NCBI GenBank assembly: GCA_910588545.1
Contig: CAJUOU010000003.1
Coordinates: 123,999-187,998, forward strand
Length of the DNA: 64,000 nucleotides
Reading direction: 5' to 3'
Origin: an uncultured Christensenellaceae bacterium
GTDB lineage: Bacteria; Bacillota; Clostridia; Christensenellales; UBA3700
Shown: piece after piece, positions 1 through 7,743 of the stretch
Position numbering within the stretch: position 1 is the stretch's first letter
Layout of the letters: every line of letters starts with the position of its first letter
Position numbers and translations under genes: made by a program
Notes under the pieces: model-generated
The model's input: only the letters and a program-made list of their open reading frames with translations
What the model was told of the DNA's origin: nothing
The model's database searches: none

Positions 1-827
1 CTAAACACTTTGCTGACATCAAACGGTTTTACGCTTATTGCATACTCTCCTACATTGATAACACTATCCGTTGTTATTCCATCCTTTGTAAACTGTGGCA
101 CTATTTTGCTGTAGTCTATATTAAACAATGCCTCTATACTTTTATGTGACTCTGTTCCAACTGCATTATGGGTTATTGTTAACCAATTTGAGAGTGTTAT
201 ATTTTTGCCGTTATACAAAAAAGTTTTGTCATTAGTCTTTATATCTATTGTCAATTCGGCTGGTCGAATTGCAAAATAAGTACTATTTGTTGCGGAATTA
301 ATCTTATAATTGCTGTTGCTTAAACCTATCGCTTTGGCAACATAACCTGTTCCAACATTTTTTGCACTTCCGCTTACACTAACAGTACATATATCTGCAT
401 CTAATAATCCACCTGCTTTGACTTGAGCGGACGGAGATTGCGGATAGCAATTATAAGTCAAGTTATTTTCCCATTCTATATCAACCACTTTAGGCTCTAT
501 TGTTACCGTAAATACAGGATTAATATAGCTAATTGTTTGAGCAATTCCGACATTTACAACACAAAACGAATAAGTACCGACATTTTTTATCTCAAACATT
601 GACTCCGCTTTGCTGTCCTTTACCGACCAAAAACTTGCAAGAGATGATTTAATAGTATAGTTACTGCCTTTATATGGTAACGTTACATTTGTCAAAGTAG
701 TTTTATCTGTATCACTCCAATACCAATCCACCTTTTGAGTAGGTTTTGTAGTTGCCGTATCCAATCCCACTTCGCCGTCAATCAATTTCAACCCTTCTGT
801 AGAATTTGATAAAAAGAAAAACAACAT
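1..827 (-). CDS. Partial ORF (3' end runs off the left edge): cell-surface repeat protein fragment with MBG/YDG-like repeats. The 5' end looks decayed.
   Basis: Absent from the ORF track because no stop lies inside the window. My minus-strand translation is stop-free from 881 down to 1: MLFFFLSNSTEGLKLIDGEV...IKNVGTYSFCVVNV...VSGSAKNVGTGYVAKAIGLSNSNYKI...FLYNGKNITL...INVGEYAISVKPFDVSKVF. The recurring NVG(T/E)Y and YNG patterns are typical of MBG-type surface-protein repeats. The only ATG (827) has no SD and no signal peptide, and an in-frame TAA lies at 882-884. Confidence 0.5.
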   Translation of the reverse strand, partial: MLFFFLSNSTEGLKLIDGEVGLDTATTKPTQKVDWYWSDTDKTTLTNVTLPYKGSNYTIKSSLASFWSVKDSKAESMFEIKNVGTYSFCVVNVGIAQTISYINPVFTVTIEPKVVDIEWENNLTYNCYPQSPSAQVKAGGLLDADICTVSVSGSAKNVGTGYVAKAIGLSNSNYKINSATNSTYFAIRPAELTIDIKTNDKTFLYNGKNITLSNWLTITHNAVGTESHKSIEALFNIDYSKIVPQFTKDGITTDSVINVGEYAISVKPFDVSKVF

Positions 828-1020
828 AGGATTGAATGAAGTTATGACAATAACAAATTTAAAACAATCGCTGCAAACAAATTACAGCAAGCTGAAAAGC
901 GCTACAAACGGTATGATTAATCACACTTATCTTTTCACCGCATAAGTATATTGGTAAAAAACAAAAACAATTTACTTTTAAATAATCATTATTTAATAGT
1001 TATAAATCTTTGATTAAACA

Positions 1021-1052
1021 AAATACGCAAGTTAAAAACTTGCGTATTTTGT
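1021..1052. terminator. Orphan bidirectional hairpin terminator
   Basis: AAATACGCAAGTT-AAAA-ACTTGCGTATTT has T-runs on both strands. No intact gene ends next to it. Confidence 0.45.
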
Positions 1053-1168
1053 TGTACAATTTTTGAAGTTATGCATCTCCAAAGAAAAAAATTCATTTAA
1101 AGCTTTTGTGTATTTTTGCACCGCAAACTTTTTTGCGGCAGCAAAAATACTAACTTTTTACAATCTTT

Positions 1169-1247
1169 ACACCGAATTATTTGGTATTTTATATATTATA
1201 CACCTAATTTTTTGAGTTTGTCAAGTAAAATACCGAATTTTTTGGCA
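1169..1247 (+). promoter_or_regulatory. Three ~18-bp direct repeats, a candidate operator array upstream of the XRE gene
   Basis: The copies are ACACCGAATTATTTGGTA (1169), ACACCTAATTTTTTGAGT (1200) and ATACCGAATTTTTTGGCA (1230), spaced 31 and 30 bp apart. They end about 120 bp before the XRE start codon. Confidence 0.4.
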
Positions 1248-1368
1248 TTGTGTAGATAATAATAAAAATATGCTTTATTTCGACTTTTTCGTAAATATAA
1301 ATTGCTTTAATACTGAAATAAATCACTAAATATTTCTCAAATTTTATTTTTATAGAGGGGGTAGCAAT

Positions 1369-1710
1369 ATGGAGTACAATAACAAGCTAAAAGAATTGAG
1401 AATATCCAAAGGTTTTTTCCAAAAAGACATTGCAAATAAAATTGGGGTTGCAACGAACACTTATCAATCTTGGGAGCGAGGAATAACTCAACCTGATATT
1501 TCCAATTTGATAAAACTTAGCAATGTTTATGCCTGCTCTGTCGATTACATTATCGGCAAGGAAACCGAGGAAGGTATGATAATGTTTACTAACAATTTAA
1601 GTGAAGATGAAAACATTTTTATTAACACCGTAAGACAACTCAGTCTAAAGGACAAAGGCATTCTGTTTGATTTGGCCATGACTATGCTTAAAGCAAAAAA
1701 TATAAAATAA
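1369..1710 (+). CDS. XRE-family helix-turn-helix transcriptional regulator
   Basis: The N-terminus LKELRISKGFFQKDIANKIGVATNTYQSWERGITQPDISNLIKLSNVYACSVDYIIG is a classic HTH_3 pattern. An SD (AGAGGGGG) precedes the ATG. Confidence 0.85.
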   Translation: MEYNNKLKELRISKGFFQKDIANKIGVATNTYQSWERGITQPDISNLIKLSNVYACSVDYIIGKETEEGMIMFTNNLSEDENIFINTVRQLSLKDKGILFDLAMTMLKAKNIK

Positions 1711-1856
1711 TAGTATTTTTAAAAAATTTTATAAATAAGTAATTATTAAAATACTTTTAATCAAAATTTTCGGCTCAAATGCTAAGTTTTTGTAAAATTG
1801 CTTTATTTAATATTGTAATTATGTTATAATATATAAAATAATAAAGGAGGTGTGCT

Positions 1857-2324
1857 ATGCGAAAGTCAAATAGAGAAATACACGACTTTGATAAAATTGT
1901 TGACATTATAAAAAACACAAGTACAATAAGGTTGGGCATTAATGACTACCCTTACCCTTATGTTGTACCCGTTTCTTTTGGTTTTGATGTGCAAGATGAC
2001 AAACTTTGTTTTTATTTTCACGGTGCAACCATAGGCAAAAAAGTTCAGCTTTTGGATAAAAACCCTTTGGTTTGCGTGGAAGGGGACATTTTTCACCGCT
2101 ATATGGATACGATAAAATCGGTAACTTGCCTTTACGAAAGTTTTATAGCATACGGCAAATGCTCTTTACTCGACGGAAATGATGCCATCCACGGGCTAAA
2201 ACAAATTTTAAAGCATTGTAACTATTTCGACCACTCTTTTAATACGGATGTTTTACCTATAGTAAATGTTTATAAAATAGAGGTAGAAAGCGTAACCGCA
2301 AAACATAGGACAAAAGATAATTGA
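1857..2324 (+). CDS. Pyridoxamine 5'-phosphate oxidase-fold (Nim-like / Pyridox_ox_2) family protein
   Basis: 155 aa. The profile FDKIVDIIKNTSTIRLGINDYPYPYVVPVSFGF...LCFYFHGATIGKKVQLL..NPLVCVE resembles Nim/PNPOx family members. A strong SD (AAGGAGG) is present. Confidence 0.7.
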   Translation: MRKSNREIHDFDKIVDIIKNTSTIRLGINDYPYPYVVPVSFGFDVQDDKLCFYFHGATIGKKVQLLDKNPLVCVEGDIFHRYMDTIKSVTCLYESFIAYGKCSLLDGNDAIHGLKQILKHCNYFDHSFNTDVLPIVNVYKIEVESVTAKHRTKDN

Positions 2325-2527
2325 TATATAATTAAAAATATATAAAATATGATATATAAATATTTTTACAATTATATATCTGCAATGCAGTTTGATAATC
2401 TCTATTTGTTGTAGATAAACGTAAAATATAATTTGTTAAAATAAAAAGAAAATTTTAAAATAACACTTACCTATTTACTTGACATTACCGCAAATTTTGT
2501 ATATACTTTTTAGGTAACCGAATAAAT

Positions 2528-2604
2528 GGACGATTAGCTCAGCTGGATAGAGCGTTGCGCTACGGACGCAAAGGTCAGGGGTTCGAATCCCTTATCGTTC
2601 ACCA
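2528..2604 (+). tRNA. tRNA-Arg (anticodon ACG), CCA encoded
   Basis: Hand-folded cloverleaf: acceptor GGACGAT/ATCGTTC, D arm GCTC-AGCTGGATA-GAGC, anticodon arm TTGCG-CTACGGA-CGCAA (anticodon ACG, G37), variable loop AGGTC, T arm AGGGG-TTCGAAT-CCCTT, then discriminator A and CCA. Confidence 0.93.
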
Positions 2605-2617
2605 TAAGGGAATAAGA

Positions 2618-2656
2618 CGAACTCTTTATCTAGTAAGGAGTTCGGTTTGTTTTTTA
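2618..2656 (+). terminator. Rho-independent terminator after the tRNA
   Basis: The CGAACTC...GAGTTCG stem is followed by GTTTGTTTTTT. Confidence 0.7.
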
Positions 2657-2663
2657 TGAATGA

Positions 2664-2804
2664 TTATTTTGGGTTAAAGTTGAAGGTTGTGGAGAAAAAA
2701 CGGAAAAAACATATTTTCTTAGTTCAGGCTGGATGGTTTTTTCAAATGGAAAGTTAAAAAGTAATACATTGATAGCGGATTGGTGGAAAGATGAAATTAT
2801 TTGA
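2664..2804 (+). pseudogene. Start-less 3' remnant of the 3306-3923 gene (orphan putative toxin C-terminus)
   Basis: The in-frame translation is VKVEGCGEKTEKTYFLSSGWMVFSNGKLKSNTLIADWWKDEII*. The full copy reads VKVEGSGEKTGKTYYVRSGWMVFSNGKLKSNTLIAGWWLNEVV*. There is no start codon (a TGA lies at 2661-2663). It has the same 14-nt overlap with the following 120-aa gene as the intact copy. Confidence 0.75.
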
Positions 2805-3167
2805 TAAAGTAAAAGTATTGGTTTCAAAGCCAGAATATGAAAAATGGGGAATTTTTAAAGGAATGGTCGGCACGATAATTGATGCGGAAATTCAATTTAG
2901 AGCTTTTCAAGTAATATTTACTGATCCTAGACCATTTAGTGAAGAAATAATGTATGATCTTAAAGGCGATATTGTAGATTATATTGAAATAAAAGACTTG
3001 GAAGTTGTAGAAGAGAGCGATTGCACAGATGATTATTTATTGATAAATTTACCAAAACAAAATCCAAAATGGTTTTGTAAGGTAGAAGATGGATATATAA
3101 CCAACTTGCTTGGCGAAAAATTGAATAAGATTCCTTATGATTATGATAGTTGATTTATAATGAATTT
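2672..3167 (+). repeat. Direct repeat copy A (toxin 3' end plus 120-aa gene plus 14 nt downstream)
   Basis: Aligns without indels to 3791-4286 at a constant offset of 1119 bp. The last ~177 nt are nearly identical, while the middle is diverged. Confidence 0.85.
2791..3153 (+). CDS. 120-aa putative immunity/antitoxin protein, paralogue A (DUF4926-like N-terminal half)
   Basis: MKLFDKVKVLVSKPEYEKWGIFKGMVGTIIDAEI...FQVIFTD recalls the D.V.L...G...G.VGTVV...YEVEF pattern of DUF4926. This is from memory, not searched. The gene overlaps the upstream toxin remnant by 14 nt. Confidence 0.6.
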   Translation: MKLFDKVKVLVSKPEYEKWGIFKGMVGTIIDAEIQFRAFQVIFTDPRPFSEEIMYDLKGDIVDYIEIKDLEVVEESDCTDDYLLINLPKQNPKWFCKVEDGYITNLLGEKLNKIPYDYDS

Positions 3168-3305
3168 AATTTGATAATTAATTTTTTTTAACAAGCTTTA
3201 AAATAACATTTTTTATACAATAATGCAAAAGAATTTGTCATAAAACCATTTAAAAATAATTTTTATGCCTTACAATATAGTTATAAAAATTATGTGGGGT
3301 GGAAA

Positions 3306-3923
3306 ATGTTAGCAGAGTGGACAAGCAAATGGATTAAAGTTTTTGACAAATTAAACGATATTGTCATTGATGATTTTGATTATGAACATGGTATACGTGG
3401 TCTAATAACAACTAAACATTGTGTAAAATGTATTGCAACAAATCAGTGTTGGTTTGTGGATGAAAAAAATAAAAAACCTGAACGTATGGAATATAGCTTT
3501 GAAGAGATCTTAAAGGATACAAAGAATAAAAGAGGGTTGTACCATTATAATTGTCATTGCAAAGAAATAAACATTCCTACCCCCAAAGAATCTGAAATAG
3601 AATTAATTATTCCCGAAGGAAAAATTGGATGGTTGTTTAAAGATAAAGAGGGATTGGTAAAAAAAGCTTTGGGTTATGAGCCAAATGATGAATTCTTAGA
3701 ATATTTTAAAAAACAGGTTTTGAAAAGTTATTGTAAAGGACAATATTATATATTAAATATCAATAAATATGGTGTATCCATAAGTATTAAGGTTAAAGTT
3801 GAAGGTAGTGGAGAAAAAACGGGAAAAACTTATTATGTTAGGTCAGGCTGGATGGTTTTTTCAAATGGAAAATTAAAGAGTAATACATTAATAGCAGGAT
3901 GGTGGTTAAATGAAGTTGTTTGA
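3306..3923 (+). CDS. Putative small toxin: MuF-C-terminal-like Cys/His motif domain plus a C-terminal alpha+beta (BECR/RelE-like?) module
   Basis: The track ORF starts at GTG 3294. ATG 3306 is preceded by GGGGTGG, so I prefer it. HCVKCIATNQCWF...(38 aa)...YHYNCHCKE matches the C-x2-C...H-x-N-C-x-C signature of phage Mu-F/SPP1-gp7 C-termini. The C-terminal 100 aa look like helices followed by beta strands (YYILNINKYGVSISIKVKVEG..KTYYVRSGWMVFSNGKLK). No signal peptide. Confidence 0.55.
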   Translation: MLAEWTSKWIKVFDKLNDIVIDDFDYEHGIRGLITTKHCVKCIATNQCWFVDEKNKKPERMEYSFEEILKDTKNKRGLYHYNCHCKEINIPTPKESEIELIIPEGKIGWLFKDKEGLVKKALGYEPNDEFLEYFKKQVLKSYCKGQYYILNINKYGVSISIKVKVEGSGEKTGKTYYVRSGWMVFSNGKLKSNTLIAGWWLNEVV

Positions 3924-4286
3924 CAAAGTTAAAGTTTTAGTTTCAAAAGCTGAATATGAAGAGCAAGAAGTTTATAAAGGAATGGTAGGGACAATAATTG
4001 ATGCAGAAATTAGAGGAAGGTCGTTTCATGTGATTTTTACTGACCCCACACCATTTACTGAAGAAACGATGTATTCAATTAAGCCAGATATTTTATGCGT
4101 TATAGACATAAAAGATTTGGAAGTTGTTGAAGAGAGCGATTGCACAGATGATTATTTATTGATAAATTTACCAAAACAAAATCCAAAATGGTTTTGTAAG
4201 GTAGAAGATGGATATATAACCAACTTGCTTGGCGAGAAATTGAATAAAATTCCTTACGATTACGATAGTTGATTTATAATGAATTT
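3791..4286 (+). repeat. Direct repeat copy B
   Basis: Partner of 2672-3167 at an offset of 1119 bp. Confidence 0.85.
3910..4272 (+). CDS. 120-aa putative immunity/antitoxin protein, paralogue B
   Basis: It differs from paralogue A at 20 of the first 66 residues, and the last 54 residues are identical. Its ATG overlaps the 3' end of 3306-3923 by 14 nt. Confidence 0.6.
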   Translation: MKLFDKVKVLVSKAEYEEQEVYKGMVGTIIDAEIRGRSFHVIFTDPTPFTEETMYSIKPDILCVIDIKDLEVVEESDCTDDYLLINLPKQNPKWFCKVEDGYITNLLGEKLNKIPYDYDS

Positions 4287-4378
4287 CTATTATCGGAAGT
4301 TGTCGTCAAGCGACACTAAGTGGTCTTTGACTACAGCGATTGTTAATTTAAACTATTTGTAAAATTTGAAAATCTATT

Positions 4379-4415
4379 GGTGCTATGGTCTTAAATGACT
4401 ATGGCACTATTTTTT
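4379..4415 (+). terminator. Terminator of the toxin/immunity-like islet
   Basis: The GGTGCTATGGTC-TTAAAT-GACTATGGCACT hairpin (with G-U pairs) is followed by ATTTTTTAT. Confidence 0.6.
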
Positions 4416-4704
4416 ATGTGTTTTAATCTAGATTTTTTATGTGTTAAAAACCAATTTAGCCTAAATTGTGCCAAAATCTGACATTTGTTTTTTGCTATTG
4501 CCAATTTTTGGTAATTGTTTTATAAAAATAGTAATCATTATCACTTTTTACATAAATTTTTCTTTTCATATTATAATGCTATATGATTTGAATAATTAAA
4601 TGTATAATAATAACTCTTAGTTTTTTAAACTAAACAAAAGGTATAAAATAAAGTAAAAAGTAGCAAAAATATGTGATAAAAATTTTACATAAATTTTTAC
4701 TTGA

Positions 4705-4763
4705 ACACAACATATTGTGGTCAAATTGCCAAAATCTCAAAAAATGACCACAATATATTGATT
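4705..4763 (+). promoter_or_regulatory. Two NrdR boxes upstream of nrdD
   Basis: ACACAACATATTGTGG (4705-4720) and CCACAATATATTGATT (4748-4763) both match the NrdR-box consensus acaCwAtATaTwgtgt. Their centres are 43 bp apart. Confidence 0.75.
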
Positions 4764-4770
4764 TTTCCTC

Positions 4771-4799
4771 TTGACAACGAATATAATTTGTTGTATACT
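4771..4799 (+). promoter_or_regulatory. Sigma-A type promoter of nrdDG
   Basis: TTGACA (4771-4776), a 17-nt spacer, then TATACT (4794-4799). Confidence 0.7.
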
Positions 4800-4842
4800 G
4801 AATGAGCAATATCAGTAAACCCAAAGAAGAAGGAGAAATTTT

Positions 4843-7152
4843 ATGATTAAAAGCATTATTAAAAGAGATGGCAGAAAAGTTCCATTTAATTTGCAAAAAA
4901 TTGCCGATGCTATTTTTAAGGCAGCAGCATCTGTCGGAGGAAGCGACCATGATACCGCATTAGAGCTTGCAGTTGAGGCTTGCGAGTATTTGGAAAGTCA
5001 AGGCAACACTACCCCAACCGTGGAGGAAATCCAAAACGCAGTTGAAAAGACATTAATTGAAAAGGGACACGCACAAACTGCCAAAAACTATATTCTTTAC
5101 AGAGCAAACCGTACAAGAGCAAGAGAAATGAAAACCTCTCTTATGGAAATCTATAAAGATTTAACTTTTAAAGATGCAAAAGATAACGATATAAAAAGAG
5201 AGAACGCTAACATTGACGGCGACACTGCAATGGGTACAATGTTGAAGTATGGTAGCGAAGGTGCAAAACAATTTAACAAATTGTTTGTATTGCGTCCTGA
5301 ACATGCAAAAGCTCATGAAGAGGGAGACATTCATATTCATGATTTAGACTTTTTGACATTGACTGAAACATGCTGTCAAATTGACCTAATCAAATTGTTT
5401 AAAGGCGGTTTTTGTACAGGACATGGCTTTTTGAGAGAGCCTAACGATATAGCATCCTACTCCGCACTTGCAGCAATAGCTATTCAATCCAACCAAAATG
5501 ACCAGCACGGTGGACAAAGTATTCCTAACTTTGAGTACGCAATGGCTATAGGTGTTGCAAAATCTTATAAGAAAATTTACAAGAAAAATCTTATCAAGGC
5601 TTTGGATATTTACGAAATCGAAAACGCTGAGGAAGTTGCTAATAAAATAACTGAAACACTTGCAGCAAAAGATATCGTACCTAAACTAGAGAAAGATGAA
5701 TATATGATAGAAGAAGCAAAAGAGCTTGCAAAAATCGGTATTAAAGACGAAAATATCAAAAAAATTCAAAAGTTCACAAAGAAATATTCGGAGCAAGAAA
5801 TTGACCGTGCAACATACCAAGCAATGGAGGCTTTTGTTCACAATTTGAACACAATGCACTCTCGAGCAGGCGCACAAATTCCATTTAGCAGTATCAACTA
5901 CGGTACAGATACTACTCCTGAAGGCAGACTTGTTATTAAAAACATTATGCTAGCAACAGATGCAGGTTTGGGTAACGGCGAAACAGCTATCTTCCCTATC
6001 CACATCTTTAAAGTAAAAGAGGGTGTCAACTATAATAAACAAGACCCTAACTACGATTTGTTTAAACTTGCTATTAGAGTATCTGCAAAAAGGCTGTTCC
6101 CTAACTTCTCGTTTATCGATGCTCCATTTAACCTACAATACTACAAAGAGGGCGACTACAGAACAGAAATAGCTTACATGGGTTGCCGTACAAGGGTTGC
6201 AGGTAACGTTTATGACAAAGATAGAGAGATTGTTACTCAAAGAGGCAACTTATCATTTACATCAATCAACTTGCCTAGACTTGGTATTCTTGCAAAAGGC
6301 GATATTAACAAATTCTATGAAATGCTTGACGAAAAACTTAATTTGGTTTCCGACCAATTAATGGACAGATACAAAATTCAAGCTAAAAAGAGAGTTAAAA
6401 ACTATCCTTTCCTAATGGGTCAAGGTGTATGGCTAGACAGCGATAAGCTAGACTACGAAGATGAAATCGGCGAGATTTTAAAACACGGTACATTGTCTAT
6501 CGGATTTATCGGTCTTGCAGAGTGTTTGGTAGCACTTACAGGCAAACACCACGGAGAGAGTGAGGAGTGTCAAAAACTAGGTTTGGAAATTATCAAACAC
6601 ATGAGAGACTTTACTGACAGACTTTGTGAAGAGACTCACTTTAACTATTCTGTTATTGCAACACCTGCTGAAGGCTTATCTGGTAGATTTGTGAGAATCG
6701 ATGCTAAGAAATTTGGTAAAATTAAAGGCATTACTGATAGAGAATACTATACTAACTCTTTCCATGTACCTGTTTATTACAATATCGGTGCACTTGACAA
6801 AATTAAAATCGAGGCACCTTACCACGCTTTGACAAACGGCGGACATATCAGCTATATCGAGCTTGACGGAGACCCTCTAAAGAACTTGGATGCTTTTGAA
6901 GCTTGCGTTCGTTGCATGAAAGAGGCTGGTATAGGATACGGTTCAATCAACCACCCTATAGACCGTGACCCTGTTTGCGGATATAATGGTATAATCGATA
7001 ACGTTTGTCCTAAATGCGGCAGAAAAGAGGGCGACGGCAAACAAAACTTTGAGAGAATCCGCAGAATTACAGGATACTTGGTAGGTACTGTTGATAGATT
7101 TAACAACGCAAAACGTGCCGAAGTAAACGACAGAGTAAAACACCATGTGTAA
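4843..7152 (+). CDS. nrdD: Anaerobic ribonucleoside-triphosphate reductase (class III RNR) with N-terminal ATP-cone
   Basis: The N-terminal ATP-cone is IIKRDGRKVPFNLQKI. A C-terminal Zn ribbon (CGYNG..CPKCG) and the glycyl-radical motif RRITGYLVG are present. SD is GAAGGAG. Confidence 0.95.
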   Translation: MIKSIIKRDGRKVPFNLQKIADAIFKAAASVGGSDHDTALELAVEACEYLESQGNTTPTVEEIQNAVEKTLIEKGHAQTAKNYILYRANRTRAREMKTSLMEIYKDLTFKDAKDNDIKRENANIDGDTAMGTMLKYGSEGAKQFNKLFVLRPEHAKAHEEGDIHIHDLDFLTLTETCCQIDLIKLFKGGFCTGHGFLREPNDIASYSALAAIAIQSNQNDQHGGQSIPNFEYAMAIGVAKSYKKIYKKNLIKALDIYEIENAEEVANKITETLAAKDIVPKLEKDEYMIEEAKELAKIGIKDENIKKIQKFTKKYSEQEIDRATYQAMEAFVHNLNTMHSRAGAQIPFSSINYGTDTTPEGRLVIKNIMLATDAGLGNGETAIFPIHIFKVKEGVNYNKQDPNYDLFKLAIRVSAKRLFPNFSFIDAPFNLQYYKEGDYRTEIAYMGCRTRVAGNVYDKDREIVTQRGNLSFTSINLPRLGILAKGDINKFYEMLDEKLNLVSDQLMDRYKIQAKKRVKNYPFLMGQGVWLDSDKLDYEDEIGEILKHGTLSIGFIGLAECLVALTGKHHGESEECQKLGLEIIKHMRDFTDRLCEETHFNYSVIATPAEGLSGRFVRIDAKKFGKIKGITDREYYTNSFHVPVYYNIGALDKIKIEAPYHALTNGGHISYIELDGDPLKNLDAFEACVRCMKEAGIGYGSINHPIDRDPVCGYNGIIDNVCPKCGRKEGDGKQNFERIRRITGYLVGTVDRFNNAKRAEVNDRVKHHV

Positions 7153-7633
7153 AATAAGAATTGCAGGCTTAGTCAATGACTCTATTGTAGACGGCCCGGG
7201 AATGAGACTTACCATCTTTTGCCAAGGCTGTCCACATAACTGCAAAGGCTGTCATAACAAACATACCCACGACTTTAAAGGTGGATATGATATGGACATT
7301 GACGAAATTGTTGAAAAAGCCAAAAAAAATAAAATACTAAGCGGAGTAACTTTTAGCGGTGGCGAGCCAATGTGTCAACCAAAAGCCTTTTTACAGCTTG
7401 CAAAAAAAATAAAAGCCGAAACCGACTTAAACATAATTTGCTACACAGGTTACACAATCGAAGAGCTTGAGCAAATGAACAATGCGGATATAAATGAATT
7501 GCTTGATATTTGCGATTGGTTGATAGATGGCAGATTTTGCGAAGAACTAAAGGATTTAACTCTTCCTTTCCGCGGAAGTTCCAATCAGCGAATAATAGAA
7601 CTTAAAAACAATACTATCGATTGGACAAGATAA
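7145..7633 (+). CDS. nrdG: Anaerobic RNR activating protein (radical SAM)
   Basis: The CQGCPHNCKGCHN cluster and the FSGGEP motif are present. It overlaps nrdD by 8 nt. Confidence 0.93.
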   Translation: MCKIRIAGLVNDSIVDGPGMRLTIFCQGCPHNCKGCHNKHTHDFKGGYDMDIDEIVEKAKKNKILSGVTFSGGEPMCQPKAFLQLAKKIKAETDLNIICYTGYTIEELEQMNNADINELLDICDWLIDGRFCEELKDLTLPFRGSSNQRIIELKNNTIDWTR

Positions 7634-7653
7634 AAAAATATATTTAATAAGCA

Positions 7654-7690
7654 AAAAGAGATTTGAAAATTCAAATCTCTTTTTTGTATA
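7654..7690. terminator. Bidirectional terminator between nrdG and the convergent LRR gene
   Basis: The AAAGAGATTTGA-AAAT-TCAAATCTCTTT hairpin is flanked by A and T runs. Confidence 0.75.
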
Positions 7691-7743
7691 ATTTCAAAAG
7701 ATTTAAAACAACTTAATATTGCTTATTTTTAGAAATTGATTAA

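Noticed and set aside
2605-4420. Prophage or integrative element next to tRNA-Arg, suggested by the MuF-like motif.
   Set aside because: No integrase, capsid, portal, terminase or att-like duplication of the tRNA 3' end is visible. The islet is only about 1.8 kb.
4409-4740. Short repeated words in the nrdD upstream region: ATTTTTTATGTGTT occurs twice (at 4409 and 4432), and TGCCAAAATCT occurs at about 4470 and about 4727.
   Set aside because: They are short, AT-rich and carry no dyad symmetry or phasing. They are likely chance matches or terminator T-tract duplication.
4630-4950. A 106-aa minus-strand ORF overlaps the nrdD promoter, the NrdR boxes and the 5' end of nrdD.
   Set aside because: It runs antisense through a well-defined regulatory region and the nrdD start. 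It has no SD and an implausible composition.
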